Position numbers and translations under genes: made by a program
Origin: Vermamoeba vermiformis
Taxonomy: Eukaryota
Reading direction: 5' to 3'
NCBI GenBank assembly: GCA_045837725.1
Contig: JBEWZL010000202.1
Span: forward strand, 124,001-188,000
DNA: 64,000 bases
The notes under the pieces: model-generated
Told to the model about the DNA's origin: nothing
What the model saw: the letters and a program-made list of their open reading frames with translations, nothing else
The model's database searches: none
Shown: piece after piece, positions 26,301 through 38,476 of the stretch
How the letters are laid out: the number at the start of each line of letters is the position of its first letter
How positions within the stretch are numbered: the first letter of the stretch is position 1

Positions 26301-27162
26301 GTGCGCACCTTCATCAGCAATGTCATTACCTAAAATTGTTAAAATTACTGTCGGTAGAGATTTCACATCCTGACATACGTCCAATTATTAGAGTCTTTAG
26401 CGAGGTGGATCGTTGAATACTCTGTGCAATTTGTTGTGCACCTTTGGGGCCGATCCGATTATCTGCGCAAATCACTATTATAAAATTGCAGCTGTTAAAA
26501 GAACGTACCCCATAGACTAAGCTTTGTTAGAGTTACGTTTTTTTCTATCAACATTGCCACAGCTGTATAATTAGGGAAGGGATATCGGTTGTCGACTATG
26601 AGAGCTTTAGTAACTTGATTCACCACCTAAATTGTTCATACCCGAAAAAACAAGCTCTGTTATTGACGTATTATTCTCCAGTGATGCAGTTATAGCCGCT
26701 ATGAACGACTCAGTAAATCTGCAGTCTTTAAAGGGTCAGCTGATTGTTCGGTAAAGACGACGTTGGAGTACATACACCAAAACTCGAGCGTTTTCAACGC
26801 ACTGCTATTCTTTACCAATGCATCCAGAGGTGAAGTTCCTTCTTTGCCAATAATGCACCGTTTTAACGAAAGCTTTGCAATTGTGTTTGCGTCGCTTTGT
26901 CCGGACAATTGTTTGATCCATTGGGTTTCTTCCTTCCAATCACATTTAACTAGACGATATTAATGCCACTTTTTATCATTTATTTCAAAAAAAGTCTTAC
27001 TATCTAATTCTTTTAATTTTGAGGGCGGATTTGAAATCTGAAAAAATAAATAAATTAGTAAACATTAAAAATAATACAATGGTGTACAATACCGTAAATA
27101 TATTAATATTGGGTTAATAATTACTTATTTAAATAAAAAAGACATGTCATACATACATCCAT
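23386..27162 (-). CDS. LRR (RI-like) + degenerate AAA+-like + TKL kinase protein; start uncertain
   Basis: 28-aa LRRs on 84-nt exons, a central region resembling an AAA+ fold without Walker A, and kinase motifs GEGAVG, HRDLKDQN, DFG and YMAPE. Exons checked from the LRR block to the stop join in frame. Confidence 0.8.
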
Positions 27163-27389
27163 GGATTAATCACGTCTACAAGCCAGCCGGCTATGCTGAA
27201 AGCATCAAGTTAGATATTAGTTAATTATTTAACCAAGACTGGAATAATGTCTGGTGTTGTGGTGCGTAAATAAACAAAATAAGGTGCACAATTTAGTCGC
27301 CGTCCCTTCGTGTGCATCTGTTTGTTTCCGTGTCAAAATAGCATATTTAATGGCTTGCGCGCAAATAGCAAAAAATAACGAGCTTGATT

Positions 27390-28801
27390 TTATTCCCAAA
27401 AGGAAATGGGTTCTGTAGTTGCAACGAGAATTCGATCCTGCGCCGTGAATAAGAGGGCAGTTCGTCTCCGCGAGTAGTAACCATAGACATCGTTGGTCGT
27501 CTGGCAGTTCAACAAAGAAGACCCCAGGCTGAGGGTTGAGTTTTTAAGTGTCTCCCAATTGTCGGGATCTGCTTGGCAATCTCAACAGCTACATATCGAT
27601 TATTTACATCCCAGTTACATCGAACGTGTCCTTGACTGATTCTTAGTTGATTCCGGCACAAAGAATCCGAACTCGCATTCTGCCGTCTTTTATAGGAAGG
27701 TCCCAAATGCAAAGTGAAGTGCCTAGAAATATTCGTACGAGTGTTCATTCGCGGTAAAATTATTGGTGGCTTGCCCTTCTCCGTATAAGGACAAGCTCGT
27801 GGATCAATAACGGATTTCACAGCGTTTATCTTCGTTGGACTGCTTTCGTGCATCTTCGCTTCATCGCCTAAAAATAGGCTTAAGACAATCTCTTGTTACG
27901 ACAGAGAACTCGTTTACTTACCGGGAGCACTTTTTCGTTATGCTCTGCCATTGTAAGGTCATTGCCCAGGAAGAAATGAATGGTCCGTCGACCGTTGTAG
28001 ATTGTCGTGCCCTTGAAGGGCTCAGGCCGCCAACCTAAGCGCTCATCTTGCTCGCCTTTAGTGTAGGTCTGTTTCGCTTTTTCAACGTGCGTAGTTAATT
28101 CTATAGCCGTATTCATGCGAGTGCACATGTGCACAATAATCAAGCGATTAGTTGGCGTCACGCGCTTCTCTGTAGTATTGTCTAGTTGTCGAAGTAACTG
28201 AGAGATTTGTGTTTGTGTGTGGCGAGTGAAGTCAGATGTAACGTAAACGATGCGGGAGGCAGCCTTGATAGTCAATAGACGTATCAGAAATTCAGTGGCG
28301 CGAACGTCTGCTAAATCGGCGTCTGTTTTAATCCTTAATAATGAGCGTCCAGAATTGAAGTAATAAGTACCTGAGCACGGGGAATTAGCTCCTGCGGTGT
28401 CCAAAAAGATTCATCCGTTATTGAAGGGCTTTTCAGCAATTTTTTTGTCTTCCTGTAGTTGAAAGAGCTCCATCAACTCTCTATCGCTCAGCTCTCTGTA
28501 ATCGATCGGCTCTTGGTTTGGTTGCATCTGATCTGCTCGTGATTCCTCGATATTCGCATCTGGAAGGAGCATACAAATACCAGAAGTGCCAGGCGGGATT
28601 TTAACCCTTTTGTTTAGCTTTGAAAGCAAAGAAGTTTTTTGGGCATTAATACCCACCAAGCTGGCCGATTACTTTTCCAGTTGTTTCGAATAAAGGGTGA
28701 TTACGCCTTACGCCGTGTAATTTCCAGCCTAGCCGTAATTTCTTTACCGACGAAATGTCAATGGCAAGATCAAAAGCGTCCAAACGGGAAGTCACATCCA
28801 T
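27390..28801 (-). pseudogene. Divergent GTPase-ACD paralog, pseudogene
   Basis: KKLRLGWK, DTAG, DVRATEFLIR, PEPFKGTTIYNGRRTIHFFLGND and CNWDVNNRYV match the family. There is a frameshift in the P-loop (about 28650), an in-frame TGA at 28411-28413 and further 3' frameshifts. Confidence 0.8.
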
Positions 28802-29742
28802 TTTTCTAAAATCGAATATTAATTTTAATTTAATATCAATATCAAATAATAATAATAGTACTATTTGCATCGCAGATCTTGAATTTATATTTGTTTTTTT
28901 AAATTAATGACACTCGTATATTGTCAAGGCATTCTTACAACCGATTGGCTTACGGTTCAGCGAACACAATAATGTAGACTTGGGACGAGATAACAGTAAC
29001 AGTTTGTGACGTGGTGTTGGATTTAAAAACGCCGCAATTCTTTGCTAGCACAGGAGGGGCATCTGGCTATTCCAACCGTTGCGTGACGGAGTTATTAATT
29101 GACAGTCGTGATTATCAGCAGGATTTATGGGGAGGGGTTGGGCTTTGTAGGTTTCGGGCAAAAAGGCGGCGTTTTTTTTTCGGCCAACAACCTCAAAAGA
29201 AAAGTTTTCGATTTTTTCGATCTTCTCTACCACGTTGTCAACACGAATCATACCTTATGCTAGTGGCGCAATCAGCTCATTGGTTATTTGGGTTAACTTA
29301 TCTAGGTATATATTGTGCGAGGTGTTGATCATTGTATCCTGAATGAGATGCAACTCCAGATCAAATCTGATTGTTTTGGTCTTTTTGTACGCGAATATAT
29401 TCTAGCATTAATTGACACCAATCGGATTGATTATTTCGATAGACCGATAAAATATTAATATTAATATTATCATTTTTTGCACAGTGATTTTGCGGCACCA
29501 AGCTTACGTCGGGCAATGTTCATAATACACGATACCTTTGATAATATGAATCTGACCAGCAGCTAGTGGACGAAGACGGGACGATTATTCGATATTGTGC
29601 TCCGGGTGAGTCTTTTTGTGATGACAAAGTCACTCACAGGCGAAAGTTTGTTTTTCAATCGCAACCTTAGGAATGATGCGGCAAATTACTTCACAAGCTT
29701 AAACTTTATAAGTATACGTTTACAATTATAATACAACATAAA

Positions 29743-32017
29743 TTAGACAACAACGGTGGGAGTTTCAGCAACTTGCGTGAGATCCGTTCTTGAAGTTGAA
29801 CGAGTGCCAAGTTTAGCTGATAAGATCCCATGATTAGAAACTGCAAATAGTAAAAAGATGAGAATAGGACATACTTGAACTGCTATTGGACGTCCAAGAC
29901 TTGGAAGGTCTTCGTTTCTGGATCGTCAAAAGTTGCGCGATCGAGACAATCGCGAGGGAACCAAAGATTATGATGTTTTGGCCGAATAACCGTTCTATAT
30001 ACGTCAAACTATATAATGAGCACATTAGAATATGGTTTTAAAAAGGTTCAACAACTTACGATTTGATTTTCGGGTACGAAGGGTAAATGCTTAACAATAA
30101 AATCATTCCTAATGCAACAAAAACTAATTTGACTGTCATCTAGCACATAATATTCTATCAGTATCACATTACTGTATTTTAGAGTCTTGTTACGTACGAT
30201 TCTGACGGTTAAATTTCGTCCCGTGGCTTTGCCCACGCTTTTTGACAATTTAACCGAAACTGATAAAACTTTGGCGCCTAGATCCAAATTTCACATTAAT
30301 ATGGTATTGTTCGATTAAATGGATGGGGCGTTCATACCAACTACGATCAAAACAATAGCAGCGCATCCGAACAAAACGAAAATGACAGTAACGACATCAT
30401 CAGCGTTGTCATTTCCTAAATATGCCATTGTCAAGAATGCGATGTATAGCGCTGCTACGAGACCCAGAAAGACGTAGAACGGTGCTGACATTTTGCCCAG
30501 CCATTTCGCCGTCGGTTTTGATGAAAGGTAATCAGAGACAGATTCGAGCCAATACAATGAAACTAGCATCGAAGCAATGACTATATCCAGAAATATTAGT
30601 ACGTCAATAATAGCTAGAGTTTGTGCTCTAAAAATGGCAAGTTTTGCTGCATCCGACATTTACTTACAAGTCAAGGGCATGTGAAGCGTCTCCAATAAGA
30701 AAGACGCGATGATATTGTATACGCCTCTGCTTCTGAATGGGTCGAAGAAGTATACAGTGCGCACTAGCAAAATTTCAGTCTGCATCCGGATTTGGCGTTA
30801 ATTTGTCATTGACACTTACTTGCGTTGTTGACGATTTCTACCCATATAAATACTTGCAATATGGAGAATTGACATTTTGAGTGTCGCACGACCTCAACCA
30901 ACTTCCAAATCGCAACACCGAGCGTACCGGCAAAGATGGCCAGGAAAATTGCTTGATAGGCTATGAAACCCGGCGAATCGTAGAATATTACCCACTGATT
31001 AGGACCTATAGTAAATGATTCATATTAATCACGGATCAATCTGCGCAGTTGAATTCTAAATTTTTGAGGCTATTTTTAAACGGACTTACTGGGCGTCAAG
31101 TTGATTACAACAGTGGAATTTAGCAATAGACTGCTTATATAGGTACCGTCTCCTCCGATCTGAGGTTGACAATAGCAATTAGATACATTGATTCAATTTC
31201 ACAAACCATGATCCAGATTTACATAAACCGCTGGAAGCTCAAACGGTCCAATTTCATCTTCTTGTGGCATGCGAGCATCTTGGCCAGGTATAGACTTCCC
31301 AGTAAGAAATATGACGGCTAAAGCGTTGCCTTAAATAATACAAAAAGTTAACTAATTTTATTCGCTAATTTAACTAAATAAGGAAAGAAGTCTTTTAGTG
31401 TATATAATTTATTTACTGGATAAATTACCTTCACGAGCTCGAATTACTCGTCGTCCGTAGCTGCATCCGTTTTTCTCTGTGATTGCTACAATTTTACCTT
31501 CGATGTCATAGCCATCGTAGCCATTGCAACCAGATCCATTCTAGAATCAGTACGTTAATATAAGCGGCAATAACATAATAAAATAGGAGTTTGGTAAACG
31601 ACTTCTCAAAAAGGCAAAAAAAAAAGCGGATGTTGGCCGCTTTTAACTTACCACAAGCACTAGTTCTGCAGTAATATTAAAACTTGTAACTGCCCATAGT
31701 CCAGGTGGTGCTTGTACAATCGGGTAAGACGAATTGTCGCTGTAATTAATTAGCTGTCATGAATCATGAACTAAAAATAAGCGCGCGACACTAGTTAATT
31801 ATATTACTAGCCGTTGTAAACATCCTATGTAATTATTAAGGGCAATCTATTTACCATTCTATTAATTGGAGTAAATTTCGAGTTTGAGAATAAAATTTGT
31901 GTTTGTAGGTTTGACTTACGGTCTGGATGGAGACAGAATCACCAAGTCGCATCGAACACCAGTCGTCATTAGCACCAATACTAACTTTAATATCAACGAT
32001 ATATATAATTGCTTCAT
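29743..32017 (-). CDS. PA-domain multi-pass (7TM-like) receptor
   Basis: Signal peptide MKQLYISLILKLVLVLMTTGVRC, PA-domain signature DIEGKIVAI..GCSYGRRVIRAREGNALAVIF..LPAVYV, several TM helices and an S/T-rich tail. Confidence 0.7.
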
Positions 32018-32416
32018 TTGCTGCAGTAGTACTGTGATCTGTTGTTTTAAGGTGCCGAGCAGATGACGCCACTGAGTTTTTGTTAGAACTATAATAAACA
32101 CTAATCGATTAAGGCTGCTGTTGTTGCTTTCGTATTGAATCAAAAGCTCCTTTGCGCAACGCGTGAAACATTTTGTGTCAAATCTTTGACTGACAGGTTA
32201 AGCACGTGCTACAAGATATACTTCTGTATACATCTTTGAATATCTGCAGACTTCGAGGTTAACTAGCGCCGCTGGCCTCTATCCTTATAGGATCTTGGTA
32301 TTATTCCGCAGATTTTGACCGCATACATAAACGAAAATTTTATTGAAAGCAAACAAAAAGAAATAAAAGCTTGAATTGTGCGTATGCTATCGTAGCATAT
32401 GAACTGCAATAATACC

Positions 32417-35400
32417 TTAAAAGTTCAAGGCAATGTTGTGGTCGTGATCAGCAAGGTTCTTAATGGCTGTTTGAGCTGCTTTGATCAATCGATCGACCAC
32501 TGCGGCGTCTTTTCCGCATTGTTCGGCCTTCTTCAAATATTCTTCTTTAAGTTCGCGCAGATCCACGAGATCATTGTTGTTTTCATTCAACAACGGCATG
32601 ATCTTATCGTCAAGATACGCGTAAAGCATGCGATCTTTGGCTACAGTCGTATCCCTAAAAGGAAATATTAACAATGAGGCTTGCATAAATATCAAGATAT
32701 TTTGACGTACAATTCTTTTGTGATGTTACTTTCGACTGACATCACGATGAAGAGCGTGACGAGCGACTTTAAGGCCTCAAATTGAGCGAGAATGTGCTCG
32801 TAAAGTTGATCTTCTTCCTCTGGAGCAACTTCGTGGCTGGTAGATCCAGTCATCGCTTTGAAAGCTTCTTTGATCGTCTTGGCAAACTAGAAAAAAATAT
32901 TAAATGCAATTCCAGGAAATTAAATGGCATTGTTTTTACCTTTCTCTTGCGTGCGGCCTTGAAGACTTTCTTCACGAGTTTGTCAAAGTCAACGCCGACT
33001 AATTGGTCCTTGAAGGGAGTCAAGATCTCAGAGACCTGGTCGATCAATTGAAGCACGTCTTTCTTCTTGTTGTCCTCTTCGTCTTGCTTGGTGCTCATAA
33101 ACTCCGAAGTCAACGTCATTAATTCTTCGGGCAAGTTCCATCTGTGAGACTTGACGACATCTTCGATGTGGCCCAAGCCTTACGAACAATAAGATACTGA
33201 TATAATACTAATAATATAGACTTACATTTTGCAATGGTGTCTTCACCGCGCTTGAGCAAATATTCGTAAAAAACTTTGTCGAAGTAATTCATGAACTGCT
33301 GATTGTCGATCAAAAGCGGGTAACTTTCACGAAGCTCATGAAGTGCGAGCTGTTTCATATAATGTAAGGTGTATACTACTCGCCAGACACAATAAGGTAC
33401 ACCGGTAGCCAATCGTTTTTCTGCTTCTGTGCGGAGGATGGGACCGGCCTAAGTATCAGGTGTTAACAACTTATTTTTTTTCTCAGAAAAAGCTAAAATC
33501 AACTTACCGCGGACATCTTTACAGAAACATCGCCTTGAAGTTTCATTGCGGCCAAAAGACGCGTTTTGGACACTTCATCAAGGTTAACCGCTGCGTATCT
33601 TTGCTTGATCTCGACTTTAAGTCGTTCAAGAATAAGTTTTGTGATCAAGTGCTGATCGGCATTCTCAATTGAGACTATAATAAATAAATAATAACGTATC
33701 TGATCAAAACTATTTTTCGGCACGTACCAAGAGTTGTAGCGTCAAATTGGGGCGGCCATTCTTCAACAGGCTTCGGAAGCGATTGCAAGAATTCATCTAA
33801 TTAAGGTTTAGTATTAATGTATCTATATGTAAGTAAAGCTTACGCGATTCATCAAGGTCTCGTTGGAGCGTTACACCAAAGACATTCAGATCTGCATCCG
33901 CATGGTCGCTTTGGCCAAAAATGTCGCGCATGGAGTCGACGAAGGATTCTGTAGTATAAAATAATTAATATTGTAATGATAGGAAAATATATTATGATTT
34001 TCATACGAATAAAGTTGCGCATGTAGCTGCTGATCTCAGGCGTTTGTTTGTACAACTTCTCAAACTCTTCTTTAGATTGCGTTAATTTTCTATATTCTCG
34101 CATGAAGATGTCGATGATAGAGGAAGCTTTCTTAATGAAGTCGTTGTTGACCATCTTAACGAATTCTTTCTCGAACGCGGCAAAACCAATGCGATTTTTC
34201 CAGTCAGCCCGCGCGCTAACAATTACAATTAATTAATTTAATATTATATAGCACGAGTTTAGCTATTATCACTGAGGAAAAAGGAAGTTAGGTATGATAC
34301 GTACTGGTCTGAAAGCTGATAGTATTTTTTCTCGTCAGCTTCCTGATTGACTCGTTGCTGCTTTTCAATCTCCGTTTTGAGATCCTCCCTATTTATAAAC
34401 GCAATTAGAGCACGCCAAATGAAATCTATTCTAAGAAAAACTCGTTACCATCTTGCCGTGCTACGAGAGAGCTCTCCTCTGTTGGCAGACATTGGAATCG
34501 AGTGAAGAGTCATAACGAAGGGGTAAACAGGCGTAGTACCGACATTATGAATTTTTCGGTTCAAGTTGATCTCAAGATCCGACTTAATCATGTCGAAGTG
34601 CGTCATGACGAGAGTCGTTCTCTTGAGTTTAGGGTCCCACGGGTTCGGATATTCTTTAGACTGTAAATAGAATTGATTAGAATTTCAATCTGGATCAGAT
34701 CAATTTACTTTTCGGAACTTACTCCGAGAACCATATGCGGAGCTTTAACCGTAGTTCCGTCGTCGTTCATGCGTTGAATGAGCAGAATTCTGTCATGAGG
34801 ACGCTCAAGGACCCACTTAGCAACGAGTTTGTCGATGTCGTCAGCAGAGATGTTGGGGTTCTTCTTGGATGAGGCAACAAAAATGCCCGGCAAATCGATC
34901 AAGGTGATCGTACGTGCCTTAGCGTATTCAATCGTAATCTCGATATACGCGTCCATATCGATTTTATCAACTTTATCGTTGATGTCGTTCACTTCCCTAA
35001 TTAACTGGCCGGGATCAGCGCAGTTAAATTGCTGGCCCTTCCAATAATAGGAGATCTTGGGCTGCTGGCATTGTCGATTGCATCGCATGCGAATGATCTG
35101 TGGGATCTTCGTAGCCATTTCTAGAAAATGTTGTTTGATGAGAAACCAGGTCGCATATATACATAAAATTTGGTCCGAGACAATAAATATTAAAAGAAGG
35201 TTGTTTCCGTTTTCAGAAGGTTTTTTTTAGCGGATGCGAATCTAATTCTTACCTGGTCGAGGTGTGCCGATCGGGAGACGCAAAAGAGCTTCGAAAAGGC
35301 TGGTCTTGCCTCCGCTCTGCTGGCCGACCACTAGAGTCCTTGGTAAGATATCATTCATACCCAAGCTTAAGTCAAAAAGTTAGTCATGTGCATCCGGATC

Positions 35401-35927
35401 AAAAGATCATGTGGGACTTACACAGTGAAGGCTTCATCCAACAATGAGTAGAGCATTGATATGGCATCGTCTCTCTTAATACGATGCGAGTCGTTGAGTT
35501 GAGCAACGATGGCTTCAAGCTCGTGGCAGATCCCGTGAAGACGACCAAGTTCAACTGAAGAAGCCTGATGCTCTTCGTGTCCGTTCGTGAACTTACGAGA
35601 ATTGAACCTGGGCTTAGGTTTAGTTCCACTACTATCGGACTTTGATTCTTCTTCTGAAGTTTCCTCAGCTGAGTCCGCATCCGAGCCTTCAGGCGAGTCC
35701 TCAGGCAAAGGTTCAACAACGGGCTTTTTCTTTTGATCTTCTTCTGCTTTTGTCTTAGCAGCACCATTAGTGGTGCCGTTGTTATTGTTGTTAGGCGCAG
35801 TCGGAGCAACTACAGGATTGGGCTTTGAGGGAGTGGATGGCGTCGGGGATGCAGATGGAGCAGGAGTTCTATTATTGGGAGTGTTAGAACCACTAGTGAT
35901 CGAGTAGAATTTGGCTGGGCTATTCAT
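32417..35927 (-). CDS. Divergent dynamin-superfamily GTPase (DRP5/ARC5/Dlp-like)
   Basis: VVGQQSGGKTSLFEAL, ATKIPQIIRM, IEYAKARTITLIDLPG and DPKLKRTTLVMTHFD, with a P/S/E-rich N-terminal extension and a helical C-terminal half. Confidence 0.8.
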
Positions 35928-36244
35928 ATTGTTGTGTTGTTGAAAACAAATAAATGAATTAATAATGGCGTCGCAAATTTTTCTAATTAGAAGGACATTA
36001 GCAATTCTTACAAGAATACACGCACGTGATATAATTTGAGATTTCAACATTCCTGGCGTATCCTGCGTTCAAAATCACGTGAGCTGTCCGTCGAATGTCA
36101 AAGAATAAGAATACTGCCTAAAGTGGAAAAAAATTTTCCATTACACGTGAGCGATTTGTGATTTCAATCAATTCTTAAGCAGATAAATACGAATGTCAGG
36201 GTCTGTTAAGCATTCAACGACTTACCTTCAAAGCAACACCACAA
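35928..36244. promoter_or_regulatory. Putative bidirectional promoter with three CACGTG boxes
   Basis: 317 bp separate the head-to-head ATGs. CACGTG occurs at 36023, 36076 and 36144. Confidence 0.5.
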
Positions 36245-37951
36245 ATGTCTAACTATACTGATGCCGATATCCAAAAATGTCTCGATGACATGTACGATCA
36301 GGTCATCGCCATCCAATCAGTCCGCAAACTGAGACTGGGCTGGAAGATATACGGAAGACGTAAGAAGGCCTTGTGCAAAGTTTTTGGCCGGCTCGTCACG
36401 TTGCTTGGTGATGCCAACGCTGGTAAAACTTTCTTGATCCGAAAGCTCAAAAAGGATCAGATCAACCTTCCAAGCGGTCATACGGTCCACACTCCTGGCC
36501 TTTGCATGATTTTGCCCGAAGGTGCCACTCTAGAAGAGTCTACAGACCCGAGAGTTGAGCAAAAGCAGGAGATCGACAAAAGCCAGTTGAGCGAGCGAGA
36601 ATTGATGGAGCTTCTAGAACAAGAAGAATTGAACCAAGAGATTGTCCCTGACGCTCCTAAAAACGTTATTAACGACGTTATCTATTTGGATACTCAAGGA
36701 ACTAACTATCCTTGTTCAAGTAAGATCTTTCCAGTTCAATTCTTGATACGGATTCGTTAATTCTTTACCTTTTTAAAGACGCTGATTTGACTGATGTGCG
36801 TGCCACTGAATTCCTGTTGCGTCAATTGACCTTGGAGATTGCTACTCGTGTCATCTACGTTACTCCCAAGTTCACTCGCGACACTCAAGTTCAGATCGGC
36901 AACTTAATCCGTCAATTGGACAATACTGAAAAGCCAATTACGCCCACCAATCGCCTTCTGATCGTGCATAACTGGGCTCATGTCAACACTCCCGAAGAAT
37001 TAGCCAAGCTCATTGAAGAAGTCAAGCGAACTTACGCATTCGAAGAGCCCGAGCAAGATGAGCGTTTTAAGAAGATGGTCTCGTGGTTGCCTGAGCCCTT
37101 CATGGGTACTACTATCTACAACGGTCGACGTACTATCCATTTCTTCCTTGGCAATGATGCCTCTATGAGCGAGCATAACGAGAAAGTTATTGCGGTAAGC
37201 AGATCCGAATACAATTTTCTTCCCTATAATTTAGAAAATCAGTATTGATTTAAATATGCATTAGGCCATTGAGTCTAAAATGTACGAGAACAATCTCCCT
37301 AAGGAGATTAATTTGATCCAACAAGTCATGGATCGAGCGAACAGATTGGTAGAACGAATGATTAAGGATTGGGATCATAGTCTCGTACTTGACGAAGAGG
37401 ACGGCAAGCCTCCTATTATCTTGCCCAAGGCTAATAACCCAGGTCAAGCACCGAAGGGTCACTTCACTATGCACAACATGCAGTTCTTGGGCTATACCAT
37501 CGTTAGCGAAGGATTTAGCGACTTATTCGTACGTATATATTCATATGAATATTGTATATAGAGTACTTACAAAACTGTTTAGGGCCGAGTTGACATTAAA
37601 AACGGCGAGATGAGAGTTCGAATCCGCTGTGCTGGCATCAACCAAGACTATATTACAAAGCGACCTATCAAGTGCGATTGGGACATCAATAACCAGTACG
37701 TGGTCGTCAAAGTCGATATTCCTCCTGAAGAGGATGTGGATGGCTGGGAACAGCTCCAGAACACCGTCAAATTCGGCACTGGCATGTTCGTTGCTCAACT
37801 CCCCGATGACCAGCGATTATTGCGCTTTGTGCCTCCTCGCAGAGACGACATTCCAAAGTTGTTCTCGGCAAAGGACGGCGTCTTGGAGTTCAAGCTTCAG
37901 CTGGCGGACAATATTAACGAACCTGAACCGGTAACTAACGGAAAAAAGTAA
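36245..37951 (+). CDS. P-loop GTPase-like protein with C-terminal Hsp20/ACD-like domain, copy 2
   Basis: Near-identical to copy 1 over the first three exons with the same intron positions. The last exon is more divergent and ends ..EPEPVTNGKK*. Confidence 0.82.
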
Positions 37952-38476
37952 GGTTAGTACTTTGGTTATTGTAAGAACTGGTTTCGTAGTAAATTTTGAC
38001 ATACCTATGTTGCAGAAGCAGAACGAGATCTGGATTTAGTTTCCCTTGGAAATTAGCCGGCGTGGTAATATTATTTGCGGGCCTTAGATTAATGACAATG
38101 CCTTTGTGGCATAAAGTTAATTCTATCTGGCAATTTGTTTAAAATAAATAATTTTTGTAATAATTAAAAAAGCGCCATAAAATTTAATTGAGGAACCTCA
38201 ATTCAAAGGGGTCATGTGAATAATATTTGAATTTTTGCAAGCTAGAATCTGAGGGATCTATTACATTGCCAATCAATCGATCTCGTGCTGATTTTTGCTG
38301 CTGTTTGTCCAAAGTATCGCATGAGGAACAATTAATTTGCGCGAGTGAAATTATCAATAATAAGTTGCTATGATCTCGTTTGTTGTACATTTCACTAAAA
38401 TTAATAAAATATGAAAAAACTGGCACGATCGAGCAACCAAGTGGATTAATTTATATATATTACAAACTGCGTACAT

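Noticed and set aside
29011-29328. 105-aa ORF and opposite-strand ORF in an intergenic region
   Set aside because: Non-ATG starts, homopolymer tracts and no recognisable motif. Likely promoter or intergenic DNA.
38184-38426. 80-aa minus-strand ORF downstream of the CRT-like gene
   Set aside because: Could not be linked by convincing splice sites and has no recognisable domain.
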